Notes: generated by a model from the sequence alone, not told the origin. A stretch of 64,000 bases of DNA from Amoebidium appalachense (GCA_963693365.1 CAVNZM010000003.1:15297143-15361142), one strand, 5' to 3'; positions 50,197 through 64,000 are shown, numbered from the stretch's first letter. Numbers and translations are program-made.

Positions 50197-50424
50197 CCCG
50201 TTCTCCCCACCTTCCCGCCTTACAGGCTGGGCTGTGTGTGTGCTTCGTTTCTGTTTTCCTTTTTTGCCTATTTTCCGCCCCCCCCTCCCCCCCCCCCCCC
50301 TCCCCACCGTCTACCTTATGTGCTTACTTCTAAGTTTATGCAAACCCATTCAACCTTTGGAGCTCCTTCGACAGTTCAACTCACTTCTCCCGATCCCCTC
50401 CCCCCCCCCCCCCCCTCCCCCCCC

Positions 50425-50455
<31 letters not shown>

Positions 50456-50586
50456 ATCCCACTCCGAAAACTATCTCTCCTTCCCCTCTATCGGTTCTTC
50501 CTATGATGGATGTTCCTTGTGTGTGCTGTGCAAATATGAACTGTGTTGTCCATCGTGAATGTACTCTCTACTCTGTAGCGCATAAT

Positions 50587-50617
<31 letters not shown>

Positions 50618-51795
50618 TTCCCCCGAGCAAATAAATATAATCATATTAAAAGTAATCGAAGTAATGATATCCTTATTCTGAAAATGAAACGAAGAGGTGA
50701 AGATGAAAAGAAATGTGGCGGAGTGGGGAAAATGCATAGCACAAAATCATTTGTTTCTTCTACCTCATACACCCATTTGCACCACTGTATTCAAAGATCC
50801 CCCCTCCCCCCCCCCCTCCCCATCTCTATGCAATATTCTCCTCCTCTCCTTCCCCCCCCCCCTCTCTCCCCCTCTCTCTCTCTCTCTCTCTCCCCCCCTC
50901 CCCCCCCCCCCCTCCCCCTCCTTCTCCCTCTGCAAACTCCCACTCTCCTCCTTCTCTCCCCAGCTTCCACTCCACCTCCCCAATACATTCCTTTCCACTT
51001 CCACTATGTATGAGCACAACACACACGCACACACAAACACACACACACACACACTTCCCTCCTTTCATACCTCTTTTCCTACACTCCCCCCCCCCCCCCT
51101 CTCCCCTTCCTTGCCCGCTCGCCCAGCCCTTTACACGCCCCCCATGAATGACTACACCCCTTGCTTGGTATTTTTATTGCATACTGTTTGTGTGGGCTGC
51201 ACTCGTCCTTGTTTTGTCCGTCATGAATGTGTACCTTGCAACTATAACTCCTCCCCCCCCCCCCCTCCCCCCTCCACATTTCAACCTTACCCTCTCGCTG
51301 ACAATGTTGAATATCCCTTCCGTTCAGGTGTCCGACTTCGGTCTTGTCAAGTTCAAGGAACTTGAGAGCCACCTGCTGTTTGTGGAGAGCAGATTTGCAA
51401 AGAGTGAAGACCCTGTGACCAGCCCAGACCACGACAACCTGAAGAAAGAGGTGTGTGTACACGTGTGAAAGGGGGGCCGGGTGCAAGTGTGTGTGTGTGT
51501 GCAAGTGTGCAGGAGGGAGGGGGGGGATGCACGTGGGTGTGCGCAGGTGTGTGTGTGTGTGTGCAGGGGGGGAGGGGAGGGTATGGGTGCAGGTTTAGCG
51601 GATGGACACATGCTGAGGGTTGCACGTGTGCTCGAGATGTGGGTGGGGATGGAATGCAGTGATAGCGCATGCGCAAAGAGACGCCATAGTCACATGCAAT
51701 GGCATGTTGGTGCACACACACACACACTCACACAAATAATGATTGCCACGCACACTCGCTCCCATGCGCATACAATAGACACAAACACACACACC

Positions 51796-51858
<63 letters not shown>

Positions 51859-52107
51859 TCACACAAACACACACACACACACACACACACGTACACACGT
51901 ACAGTGTGACCGTGTAGCCGCCGAGATAGGCACGCTCGCCAAGTACAACAGCATCAACTACACGGCCATGGTGCGCCTGCTGCAGAAGCACGACCGCAAG
52001 ACAAACTCCATCTGCAGGCACACGTTCATGGCTCATATGAGCGCTAAGCCCTTTTACAAGGTATACTTGATGTTTTCCGTTTCCTTTCCTTCTTAAATTT
52101 TGGTGTT

Positions 52108-52144
<37 letters not shown>

Positions 52145-52270
52145 GCAGTGCCTCTATAAGGTATGCATGATCTTCCTTTTTTTCATGGCTCATATGAGTG
52201 CTAAGCCCTTTTACATGGTGTGGTTGATGTTTTTCGCTTCCTTTTCTTTTTTCTTCTTCTTCTTCTTCTT

Positions 52271-52308
<38 letters not shown>

Positions 52309-52435
52309 GAGAGGGGAAGGGGGGGGGGGGGGGGGGGGGGGGGAGGTGCGGGGAGGGGGGGCAAGGGGATTGGGATTGTGGGACTTCCACAAGGTATGCC
52401 TGAATCTTTTCTCTTTCATTTTTTTGGGTGTTTTT

Positions 52436-52466
<31 letters not shown>

Positions 52467-52834
52467 GGGGGGAGGGGGAGTGGGAGGGTTGCACAAATGT
52501 TTGAGCTGCTGTCAACCCTGAAAGATACAGATCCCCTTTTCTGGGTGGCATTAAAAAGAATATGGTATGTTGGAAAGAGAGGGGAAAGAGCGGGGCGGAG
52601 GGGGAGGGGGGGGGGGGGGGGGGGGATTGTGAGTAGTGTGTACTGTATGTGAGTGTCCCAAAAAAGACACGACACAAACACATTCTCACTGCCTCCCCCC
52701 CCCCCCCCCCCCCCAAAAAAAAAAAAAAAAACGACATTCACGGACACACACACACACACACACACGAACACACTCGCTCACTCACGCCTCCCCCAACCCC
52801 ACTCCCCACCACCCCAATCCCCTGCTGTTCCCTT

Positions 52835-52876
<42 letters not shown>

Positions 52877-53903
52877 CTCACACACACAGGTGTCCTTTGA
52901 TTCTCTCATTGCTCGTCTGAGCACGCTCTACGGTCGCCTCAAGCCCCGTCTCGCCGTCTCCTCTGAACCCCAGGGGGGCACGTTGAAGACAGACACGTAC
53001 TGGGTGCATGCAGATAACGTGACTGCTGTCAAACTGTTTGTGCTCCAACATATGCCCGTGGTGGTATCGAGTGGGAGGGAGACCTCCTCACCGGAGAGTC
53101 TTGTGTCGTGCATCTATCTCGATAATGAGAGCCATGATGTAAGTGCCACTAATACCTTCCACTTCCCCCCCCCCCCCCCCCCCCCTCCCCTCCACCCGCC
53201 CTCCCTGCCCTCCCCCCCGTGTGTCCATCTCTGACTTCTGTCCATCTCTGTGACTTGGCCCCCCTTTGAGGGTGTTATGTTGTCCCGTAATGACCGTGTA
53301 CTTCTACTTTGTGATAAACTGTGACCGTGTACTTCTACTTCGTGATAAACTGTGACCGTGCACTTCTACTTTGTGATAAACTGTGACCGTGTACTTCTAC
53401 TTTGTGATAAACTGTGACCGTGTACTTCTACTTTGTGATAAACTGTGACCGTGCACTTCTACTTTGTGATAAACTGTGACCCTGTACTTCTACTTTGTGA
53501 TAAACTGTGACCGTGTACTTCTACTTTGCGATAAACTGTGACCGTGTACTTCTACTGTGTGATAAACTGTGACGCGTTTTAACTTCATACCCGACCACCA
53601 CATACACCCATCCACTATCCACTATCCACTTTCCCCTCAGGTGCCTATGTTGCTCGCTGCATGACTTAGAAAGTTCCAATCTATCAGGGTGTCTACTATT
53701 TTATTAGCACTATTCATTGCTTTGATCGGGTCGTTCAATGGTGGACATGTGGCAGGCAGCATTCTAACGCTTCCCCTATGTTTACCCTTACGCTCCCCCC
53801 CCCCCCCCCTCCCCCCCCCCCAAACACACACACATACACACCCTCTCGAAACACACACACACTCGCACTCACGGTTGCACCACACACACACAAATACACA
53901 AAT

Positions 53904-53949
<46 letters not shown>

Positions 53950-54458
53950 GGTACACGTCCAGATGTACCATGAGCGCGTGGAGAAGAACGACACGGCCAT
54001 GTCGATCCGTCTGCGCTGGTTCGGCACCAAACCTCGGGAGGTGCAGGTCGACACGCGCAGCCACAGGGAGGACACGTGGGCCGGGGAGGCCACGGCCACG
54101 GATAGCTTTACCATCAAGGAGAAATACCTGGATGCATACCTAGCCGGCCAGTGGACATTCGAGCAGAAGGTGCATGTGTATGTGTGTGTGGGGGGGGGGG
54201 GGGGAGGGGGGGTGCAGGAAAACGGGGTAGGGGGAAGAGGGTGCATTGGTGAAAAGTGGGGGGCTAAGATGCCCTTTTTTTCGGCGCGGGGGAGGGGGAG
54301 GGGGAGAGGAGGGGAGGGGAGGGAGTGAAATGTGGGAAGAGTGGGGGGGGGGGGGGGGGGGGGGGGGGGGGTCTGGGAAGTCGGAGACTTAGAGATGCGG
54401 ATGTGGGTGAGTTGGCGTTCTGTGGTGGTAATGTGTGTGTGTTGTTTTTTTTTTTTGT

Positions 54459-54510
<52 letters not shown>

Positions 54511-55459
54511 TGGCTACAGTTGAATCCCAAAATTTACGTTTTCTCTGCAAGATGTTGTTTCTAGCAAAAAGCCACTCAGACAAGGGATTACAAGTGTGTA
54601 CGTTGCCCTACATTACACAGGGTGTTGTGTTAGAGCCCGCTGCCTGGGGTTTTTGTTAAACTTTTCTGTTCTTTTGCCTTCTACCCCTTCCCCCCCCCCC
54701 CCCCCCCCCCCCCAAACTCCTCCCAAGCCAGATGAAGAAGTATCTGAGTTGGATGTCGTAAACGAGGCGAATCAATCAAAAATCGATTACTGTGGATGGC
54801 TTATGCACCTGCATTGGGCTCTGCCTATGATGCAATCCCTCAGTGCATATGCTTTGCGAAATCTGCTTTGTGTTTTCCGTCATGAAATGCCCTCCGTATG
54901 AAATACTTACCCTACCCCCCCCCCCCCCCTCCCCAAACACACACACACACACTCTCTCTCTCTCTCTCTCCCCCACCCACAGGTTGAAAAGATGCGCACG
55001 AAGGGCATGAGCGACATGGCCATCTCCCAGCTTCTAGTCCTTTCCAAGAATGTGCAGGATACCATTCTCCGTCGCAAGCTCCAGCCGTGCGTGCGCACGG
55101 CGTACTCCCGAGTTTCCTTCACACAGGAACAGCCCACGGCTGCCGGGGCTGTGAGGGTGGATTTTGACACGAACATTGTTCTATTGAAGGAGGAGGGGGC
55201 GGCAAATGGACACTGGCACAGGGTGGTAGGTGGTGATAAAACCGCAACTAGGGGGTAGAGAAAGAGAGAGAGTGTGTGTGTGTATGGGGTGTGTGTGTGT
55301 GGGGGGAGGGGGGGGGGGGGGGGGGGGGTTTGATGGGTCTATGTGATCCGATGGTCAGCAAACACATTCTGAGGTTGTTTCTTTACGTTTGCAGTTTATG
55401 TTCATATTCTGCCTAAAGCAGCTGGGGTTTATCATATCAAACTTGCCTGACAGGGGATA

Positions 55460-55492
<33 letters not shown>

Positions 55493-55926
55493 TTCCCCGG
55501 GGGCCGTGTGTGAGCCCTTGTTACAAAAGCTTTTGTGCTTTCAGTCGTGAATGTGTGCTTTACAATAGGTAACGTAATCCCCCCCCCCCCCCCCCCCCCC
55601 CGTTTTGCTGATCTTGCTTGCATTTAGCAACCCTGCTCGTCTTTGATCAAGACGGGTTGACCCTCCCAAGTTCAGTTGATGCTGCTGTCTGAGTTGGAGA
55701 GTCGTATATACGCGGGCTAAGGGGTCGAAACTCAGACGCAATTGATGACTTGGGCCCTCCCTGAGGATGGGCTCTGCTTATGACGCATACTGTGCGCATG
55801 GCTGATGTTGCATACTTGAATGATGCCTTTGCATGTGTCCGTCGTGTATGCATACATTGTACCGTGTTCCGCATTCAAACTCCCCCCCCCCCCCCCCCCC
55901 CCCCCTTCCCCCACCACCCGCCCAAC

Positions 55927-55968
<42 letters not shown>

Positions 55969-56358
55969 GTCACCACCGCTCATGTTCTTCCTTCTGCACC
56001 GTGGTCCCCTCACATACCCGATCTCCCCTTTCCTTTTTAGGATGCCGGCACTGACAACCCTCCCAAGACCGACAAGCTACCTTCCAGCGACATCCAGACG
56101 TTTCCGTATGTGGTGGTCACCGTCACCACCAGGGCTGGGCAGAACGAAAAACCCCCCCAGTGGCTTGCAGATCTCGCTGCAAGCGGATTGGTCGAGCCTG
56201 TGCCCAAATTTAGCAAGTTTGTGCATGCGTGCACGCTGCTATTGGCTAAGAGCCTGAGACTGCTTCCTTATTGGCTTCCTCAGCTGGAAAAGGTGGGTTG
56301 CTTTTCCTTTGTTTGGTTTTGGGGGAGGGGAGAGAGCTGGTGTGGTTGTTTTGTTGGT

Positions 56359-56409
<51 letters not shown>

Positions 56410-56547
56410 TAGGAAATAGATGACTTTCTTCATGATTTTCGCCTCTCATGAATGTTATCAGAGGAGGGAGAGGGTTGAGTGGCAAATGCCGGGATAGGCT
56501 AATAGTTATGTGTTGTGTAACTTCACATTTGATGACGGAGGGAGAGC

Positions 56548-56581
<34 letters not shown>

Positions 56582-57844
56582 GTTGAGAACTGCATTATAG
56601 GTGTTTTTGAGGGGAGCGTGTGAATATGCTTCTCAGTTGTAGGTAGTAACTCACCTCCAACCAACCTCACAGGACCTGCGGCAGACCGAGGGAGACAGCA
56701 AGCTCCTCCTCCCGGTGAGGAAGCAGCCCACGGTCGCCTACCAACCATACAAGGGCATGCAGCCAGGCCTGTACCCATCACGGGGCAATGAGGCTGGACC
56801 CTCATCACTCACTGGGGGTGTGAGTGAGGAACTAGACACTGCCACGAGTGATCTGAGGCGCAGGAAGAATCAGAACGTGAAGGCTTTGAAGGAGCTGCAG
56901 AGGACTAATGAGGAAAAGAGTGAGGCGCCAAAGGTCGTGGCTGTCCATGCTAACCCAAAGGTAGGGAGCGGAGATTGTACCTGACTCCTCTCCCCCCTCC
57001 CCCCCCCCCCCTTCCTCCCCCCTTCTCTCTCTCACTCCCCCTGCCCGTCCCCAACAAAAAATCTACCCTGTACATCTCCCTGCCTGCCTCCCTCCCCCTC
57101 TCCTTTCCCCCCTCCCCCACCCCTCCCCCCCCCCCCCCCCCCCCCCCCCCCCCGCCCCCACCTTCGAACGTAAGAACTGTCGAGGTCCCCTAAACGTGCA
57201 TACACAGTCGTATATTTTGTTGATGACTTGTGCTTCTCTCGTCCTTAGATTGTTAGCATTTCACGTTGTTTCTTTTCTTGGATTCTTTTAAGATATACAT
57301 CGCCCCCCTCCCCCCCCCCAACCCTCTCCTCCCCTCCCCCTGCCCCCCTCCCCCCGGTGCTTCATTGATTGGCTGTCCTATCAGGCCATGCCAGGGTGAT
57401 ATAGACTTTCTGTGAACAAGTGCAGTTCCTTAGCTCCTTTCATGTGTTCCAGCATCCATTTAACGTCCAATCTAACTGACCACTTTAAAAATTTAACAGG
57501 TGCACCTGGCCAATGAGCGCACGTTTTTACACTGGCTGCACACAGCCACCCTCGTAGCCACCATTGCCCTTGCCCTGATGGACCTGCCCGTCACCGGGCC
57601 CTCTGCACGCACCTCCCGCATAGCCGGCATCTCCCTTCTTCCCGTGGCCCTACTATTTTTGGTCTACTCGCTCTATTTATATCTCTGGCGTGATATGCTC
57701 ATTCGGCGCAAGGACCCTGGGCCTTACTACTCAACGTGGGGGCCTGCACTGATTACTGTTGCGTTTGTGCTGTGTGTCCTGGCTAACTATATTGTGTGGT
57801 TTGTGGAGCACGGACTTAACCCCATGCACTGGTGCGAGGGTTAA
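49233..57844 (+). CDS. Vacuolar transporter chaperone subunit (SPX + VTC + DUF202 TM), Vtc4-like
   Basis: Nine exons: 49233-49394, 51328-51450, 51905-52060, 52890-53138, 53963-54169, 54983-~55225, 56041-56292, 56673-56960, 57500-57844. Motifs [72 protein letters not shown]. Confidence 0.92.
53291..53573. repeat. Intronic 31-bp minisatellite, 9 copies
   Basis: Unit TGACCGTGTACTTCTACTTTGTGATAAACTG, head-to-tail with no spacers. Confidence 0.95.
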
Positions 57845-58920
57845 GGTTGGGGGGGGGGGGACGGTAAAGGCGGGAGGCGTGATGAAAAGTGTGGAAATGC
57901 GCGGTGAAATATGCGTGTTGATTGATAATTTTGTTGTTTGGTTGCATGTTGTGTTGGGTTTGATGGGTGCTGGTTAAGCGTTTTGTTCTCCTGTGTAAGG
58001 GGGTGGATGGGTGGGTGAGAAGAGGGCAAGGGGGGGGGGAGGGGAGGGGGGGGGGGGGGGGGGTTCTTGATAGCAACCGAGCTACGATGTGTATGTTTCT
58101 AGAACATGGTAAATCGGGCTTAGGCCAAGAACAAAGTGACATAGTTATGCCTCTGTATGGATACGCGAGATGGTTCAAAATTTGGGGGTTATTAGTCGGA
58201 AAAGTGCATGGGTTAGGTGGCAGTGTGATAGAAGGAGGCAAGGAATATAAGTACCACATTTGATTATCTAGGACAGAGTTATTCATACATATAGGCTTAT
58301 GCTCTTGCACATTGGCTTTGTGTTGCTTGGAAGGTGTTTTGTGGTTAGGTGGGTGCCTGTGCAAAATTCGTGAAGACTTCAAAAAAGCAGCCCATTCTTA
58401 AACGATGATACTTTTAAACATAGGTGCAAGACAAAGCGGTACTATAGCATCATGTAGAGAGATGGTTATGTGAGCAAGGGCACTATATACCCATTATTAC
58501 AAAGTTGGTCATATATATTGTTGGAGAAGCCTTTTTAGTCGGATGAGAATATAAATAACGCTGTGAACAAGAGAGCTGGTGTGCAGGTGTGTATTGATTT
58601 ACTAAGTCTTGTATACGTATCATGGTTGGGTCCCCATATGGTCATGAGATTCCTAATTGCTATCTAGGCGGGTGTGGAGGTGTGTGTGTGTGTGGGGGGC
58701 GGGGGGTTGCTCAGTTCGCACACGGCCCGACATGTATACGTACATTCTTGCATCTGACAGAAGCTGTGATCAATATCAGTCTGTCTGGTGCTGCCGCCGG
58801 ACTTGCCCCAGCGTGCGCGCGCAAACATACTTCTCCGGTATAGTTCGAAAAAAGAAAGAAAGTGGACGGTCAAGGACAGGGGCTGGGAGCAGAGGAGGAG
58901 GAGTGGGGAGGGGTGTGTGG

Positions 58921-58965
<45 letters not shown>

Positions 58966-59104
58966 TGGATTAGTGGCTAAGTTGCGGTTATGCGCTACAT
59001 TCTAGAAAAGAAGGAAAGAAATGGAGTTAAAAGAGCCCAGCCTCCTTAGAGATGATTATGAGTACTGCTGAGGGAGAGTCTACCCGGTGGTGGTGGTGGT
59101 GGTG

Positions 59105-59156
<52 letters not shown>

Positions 59157-59470
59157 CCGGACATGGCCAAACAAACTTCTAATGCTGAACTTCGAAACTT
59201 TCAAAAAAAAAAAAACCAAAAAAAAAAAACCTATAACTAATGAAGAAAAAGAAGACCGCCCTGGGAAGGAAGAGAATCATAAGTTAAGAAAAACTTTCCT
59301 TGAAGGAATGAAAAAGAGCCCAGTCTCCTCCTCGTTGCTGCCGGTGCTCAGGTACCCGACAATAAATTATGTTTTATATCTGATTATCCGCTGTCAAGCT
59401 TCTGACTGTATATCACAGGTTTGGCACACATGTTGATTCAAAGTTGTTCTTAAATGTTCGCCCGGAGCTT

Positions 59471-59597
59471 TACTGCATTGTATGGGTGGCCATGATAATG
59501 GTGGTACGGCATCACCTGGACACCGACGAGGAACCTTGCACGAAAAACTTTTACATTTTCACTACTTCGTGCAGAACCTCGGGCCTGCCGGCCACCC
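59471..59597 (-). ncRNA. Putative small structured RNA, array 2 copy A
   Basis: Element GATTGTGG at 59646-59653 (56 nt). Perfect stem: GGGTGGCC 59484-59491 with GGCCACCC 59590-59597. Hairpin TGCACGAA..TTCGTGCA. Confidence 0.65.
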
Positions 59598-60180
59598 AAA
59601 CTCAGATGTGAATACCTGAATTTCGAAAACAATTTTGGAAACTAGGATTGTGGGACTCAGCAGCCTGTCAGACTGTGTGGCCTTAACCTCATGCGCTAGT
59701 GCGGTACTATAAAGTTTAACGTGTGGTGGTGGTGCGTGTGTGTGTTTGTGTGTGTGTGTGTGTGTGGAGGGGGGGGGGGAGGGCGGGGGAGGGCGGGGGA
59801 GGGGGGGGGGGGGGGGGGGGGGACGGAGATATGATGTGTATGGTTTTATAAGATGGTAAAACGGGGCTAGGCTAAGAGCAAAATGTTAGTGTTGACCGTC
59901 TGTATGGATACTCGAGAAGGTTTGAACTCAAAATTTAATGGGATTTTGAATGGCTAATTTTTTGGCAGCCGATTGCTCTTAGCTGGTTGGTGTGGGGGGC
60001 TAGGGTCTGGTAGAAGAAATGTGATAAATAAGTCCCACATGATTACCTGATGAAAGAGTTATGGACATGATACGCTTCTCATACGGAGTCTCGTGCATAG
60101 TTGCAGTGTGCGTGTTGTTGCTCGGAAAGTATTTTGTGGGTAAGTGGGCGCCTGTATTTGCGGAAACTTCAGAAATATTT

Positions 60181-60308
60181 TGCTGCACTCTGTGGGTGGC
60201 CGCGAATTACGCTGGGCCCAACTTTCGTTGGCTTCTTCGAGTTTCTCTCTGCACGTGACGCTCTTTTCCGACTTTATTCCGCATAGCTATATGCTGCCCG
60301 GGCCACCC
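60181..60308 (-). ncRNA. Putative small structured RNA, array 2 copy B
   Basis: GATTGTGG at 60361-60368 (60 nt). GGGTGGCC 60194-60201 with GGCCACCC 60301-60308. 3' motif TGCAGCA on the - strand. Confidence 0.65.
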
Positions 60309-60358
60309 AAACTCAATTTATCCAACCTACAAGCCAGGTTCAAAAATATTTTCCGAGC

Positions 60359-60371
60359 GTGATTGTGGGAA
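60359..60371 (-). promoter_or_regulatory. USE/DUSE-like upstream element (representative array 2 copy)
   Basis: Reads TTCCCACAATCAC on the - strand, 60 nt upstream of the stem. Confidence 0.55.
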
Positions 60372-60585
60372 GCTATTTATCCTCACAACTGAGAGAGTCC
60401 TTATGACATCTACGCACATGCAGATGTTTGAGTCAGCCCCCGCTGGCAGGCTACAGCACAATGCTTCAGGTTGCTAGAAAAAATTCGAAGCCAAGTTCAC
60501 ATTGACGGTCTCGTGGGGAGGGGGGGGGATAGGAAGCCCTGGAGAGAGTTTGGAGGGAAACGAGGGGGGAGGGGGCGACGGCGGG

Positions 60586-60627
<42 letters not shown>

Positions 60628-60643
60628 GGATGTGTGCTTGCGC

Positions 60644-60716
<73 letters not shown>

Positions 60717-60945
60717 CGTGTATGTGGTGTGCGTGCGTGCGCGCGTGCGTGCGTGCGTGCGTGCATTCGTGCGCGCGTGCGCGCATGCGTGCATACGTAC
60801 GTCCAGCATGCGTGTATATGCGTCGGTTTCATTTTGTTTCCTTGTTTCTTTGTTTTTAAAGTCCGGGGGTGGTGGGGTGATGGGGGTGAGGGGGTGAGGG
60901 GGTGAGGGGGGTGGGCGGGAGTGTGTGAGGGGAGGGTGGGTGGGT

Positions 60946-60983
<38 letters not shown>

Positions 60984-61109
60984 AAACCTTTGTCAGTCAA
61001 AGAAAAGGAGTATCAAAGCATTAAGACGCTCTTAAAAAAAGATAAGAACTGAGAAAGAAAGAGAGAAAGAAAGACTGAAAATTCAAAAACGATACCAGTC
61101 CCCGCTCCA

Positions 61110-61303
61110 TGCTGCCGTGGGCGGCACCAAAACTAGGTAGGTGGCCATGCATACAAGTAGCAATTATTTTGCAAGAACAAAATAGTGCCAAGCCCACTCA
61201 GATGCCACGAACAGCAATTACCTTGCTGCATACAACATGCTGCACTTAAAGCTTCTTCAAGCTTTATTTCGTGCATTTTGACTGAGTGCAAGCTTGACCA
61301 CCC
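61110..61303 (-). ncRNA. Putative small structured RNA, array 2 copy C (3' end ambiguous)
   Basis: GATTGTGG at 61353-61360 (57 nt). GACCACCC 61296-61303 pairs with AGGTGGCC 61139-61146, or with GGGCGGC at 61119. Hairpin TGCAC-T-TAAAGCTT-CTTC-AAGCTTTA-TTTC-GTGCA. Confidence 0.55.
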
Positions 61304-61946
61304 GACCTTATAGCCGTGAACATTGGACATGCTCGGAACAAGTTGGGTACATGATTGTGGGAAGCATCGTCACGGTGTCCACACAACACAACCACATCAT
61401 GAAGGTCGATGCAGGAAAGTGAAACTGCAATTATGTATATGTTGACTAGGTCTTGTTGTTGGCAAGGCATCCTCTGTAATAGAGAAAGGCTTATACTGTT
61501 TCTTTTTTTTTTTTTTTTGGTACCGTTTGTAACATATTTTAGCTATTGGACGGAGAGAGTATGACATAATAAGACGAATGATGCATACACAAGTTGAGCA
61601 GGAAACTGTTGAACTGTTATCTTGTGTATAACCTGTATAACCTGAGAAGGAGACTCTAGCAGATATATATGCTGGTCCATGTAAAAGGCACTGCGACTCG
61701 GTGACATGCTAGGACGATGTAACAGTTGTTACATTGACACTAACGGGCTTTGGAAAGGGAATTTTTTTCAAGGAATTTTAGTTCAGTCGGGGCATCTGAA
61801 AGTGCAAAAACACCGACCGAGGGGGGAGGGGAGGGGCGTGGATTCCCAGGACACAACAGATAACTAGATGCTACTTCACATAATGGTTGATTGACAATAC
61901 TACCCGTGCATAACTTTTTGAACAGGAACTATTAAACTTGAATTTT

Positions 61947-62068
61947 TGCTGCATCCTATGAATGGCCATTGATTGTGTGGATTCACAGGCAAACCTGCAT
62001 GAACATGATCCACAGAATGGTTCTCAAACCCATTTCCGTGCACAACGTGTGAATGGAGCTGGCCACCC
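61947..62068 (-). ncRNA. Putative small structured RNA, array 2 copy D
   Basis: GATTGTGG at 62121-62128 (60 nt). On the - strand GGGUGGCC pairs with GGCCAUUC through G-U pairs. 3' motif TGCAGCA. Confidence 0.6.
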
Positions 62069-63158
62069 AACATTGAAGATGTGTATACTGACCAGAAAGA
62101 TAAAGACAAGTTGAAAACTTGATTGTGGGATTTAACATATGCAGCCTGTCCTCACAATGTGAGCCTGATGATGACAGTTAAAACGCTGCAGCAAGCCGCG
62201 TGCCTAATCGGCCCTCAGTATACGTTTAGGCTTTGTCTTAAACTAGACTGACACTGTGCCGCGTTTTCATATATAGTCGAGGTAATGGCGTAGGAAAGGC
62301 AAGTCATTGTCAGGAGCAGAAGGTATTTCAAGGATAAGTGGTCTCAAATGATTAACAAGTCGAACATGATAAACAGTCATTTATTCAGATTAGAAGGATT
62401 ACGAAGAACCCGGTTTCAGACTCATGACATATCCCCCCCTCATGGTCTCACCCTGAAACTGGTTCTTCTGTTCTCTCCTACTGTTAAACTGAATAAAAAA
62501 CTGGTTATGAGTAGCATTGTTCTCTCCTACTGTAAAACTGAATAAAAAACTGGTTCAATGAGTAAGATTTAATCCCCCCCCCCCCCCCCCCTTCTCTCAT
62601 GCCAACTCTGGAGAAGACGAAAAGGCCTAGGAAGTGATTGGTACAGGAATGATTCCCGGTGGCACTACACGCACACATTCTCTCTCCCTCTACCTCTCCC
62701 TGATGCTCTCCCTCTCCCTCTCACATTTTTCTCCAAGGCCGAGCCTCTTATTAATATTCTATGTCTCAATTTTTGTTTTTCTTCGTCTTCTTCTTCTTCT
62801 TCTTCTTCTTCTTCTTCTTTTTTTTTTTTTGATAGTGGGGGGGGGGGGGGGGGGGGGAAGAATAGGAGGAGGGTGTTGGACGGGGGGGGATTACAAGTCG
62901 GTGGGAGGTGGAAGACTGGGGGGGGGGGGGGGGGGGGAGGGGGGGGGGGGGGGGCAGGGATGGGGGGAACCGGCATATAATCCATAAGTGGGTGTGGTCG
63001 GTTTTGTAATCATCGTTGTGTCTTGGACACACGGTGAGCTGCAGCATGTACTAACAGAAACATCATTCACAACAACGTTCAACTTGAAATCATAACTTTC
63101 GCGCACACAAACACGCCCGTGCGTGCGCGCACATGCACACGCGCGCACGCACACGCAC

Positions 63159-63259
<101 letters not shown>

Positions 63260-63275
63260 GCACACAGACGCACGC

Positions 63276-63360
<85 letters not shown>

Positions 63361-63505
63361 TACACACACAGGGTGCAACTCAAGATGCACATTAAATCAT
63401 GCTCAACCTCCCCCCCCCCCCCGAACCCAATTAATTAGCTAGCAAGTAGCTTACTTTGATTTCGTGATGAAATCTCAGCGTTAGAAGAATAACTTTACCA
63501 AAATA

Positions 63506-63561
<56 letters not shown>

Positions 63562-63769
63562 AAAAAGAATAAAAAAAGAAAAAGTATGGGGAAAAAAAAA
63601 AACAGAAAAACAGAACTACCAACATGACTGCAAAAAGAAAAAAAAAGAAATAAAGAAGGATCTTGCCTCCTAGTGACCGTCTTTATGATGATCGTAGTAC
63701 ATATTAACACAATCTTCAGGTGCCTAGGCCTAAAGGATTTTGCACAGTTTTTCTGTTGTGATTACCTTT

Positions 63770-63891
63770 CGCTGCACTGTGAGGATGGCCAAGATTGGTG
63801 GGGACTAAGGTCCCTGCACGTTTAACGGCGAACAGATGCACGTAAAGCCTTTTCAGGCTTTGTTTCGTGCATAGCTATGAGCCAGCCACCC
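63770..63891 (-). ncRNA. Putative small structured RNA, array 2 copy E
   Basis: GATTGTGG at 63944-63951 (60 nt). On the - strand GGGUGGCU pairs with GGCCAUCC. Hairpin ATGCACG..AAAGCC-TTTTCA-GGCTTT..CGTGCAT. Confidence 0.65.
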
Positions 63892-64000
63892 ATACTCGGT
63901 GTATCCGAGCCCAAACGTCAGGTTTGCAAAGGTTTTCGTGCCTGATTGTGGGAAGCAACTGGGTTCCGAATTGTGACTGTTGCCCAAATCCCCGGCCGCT

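Noticed and set aside
46749-52385. Stray CCCACAATC matches at ~46750 (inside a CDS) and ~52375 (intron)
   Set aside because: No stem or hairpin at the expected distance. Probably chance matches.
53291-53573. CRISPR-like 31-bp repeat
   Set aside because: No spacers or cas genes. It is an intronic minisatellite.

Overview
Eukaryotic genomic DNA, probably from a unicellular opisthokont or holozoan (inferred from the RPS29 sequence and gene content). It has spliceosomal introns and is saturated with poly-G/C, (GT/AC)n and (CT/AG)n tracts, which explain most of the ORF track. Six protein genes can be recognised: a class C-type GPCR with a solute-binding ectodomain, ALY/THOC4, RPS29, a PA-TM-RING E3 ligase, a RING/TRAF-zinc-finger protein and an SPX-VTC protein. 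There is also one orphan small ORF. The main observation is a family of 17 putative structured small non-coding RNA genes in two arrays: 12 copies on + at 7.9-23.2 kb and 5 copies on - at 59.5-64.0 kb. Each copy has a CCACAATC upstream element resembling the plant USE and Dictyostelium DUSE snRNA promoters, exactly 60 nt before a GGG in 10 of 17 copies. Most copies have a covarying 5'/3' terminal stem, an internal TGCA-closed hairpin, a variable middle and a conserved 3' motif. Coordinates were read by eye and may be off by a few bases. No searches or folding computations were run.
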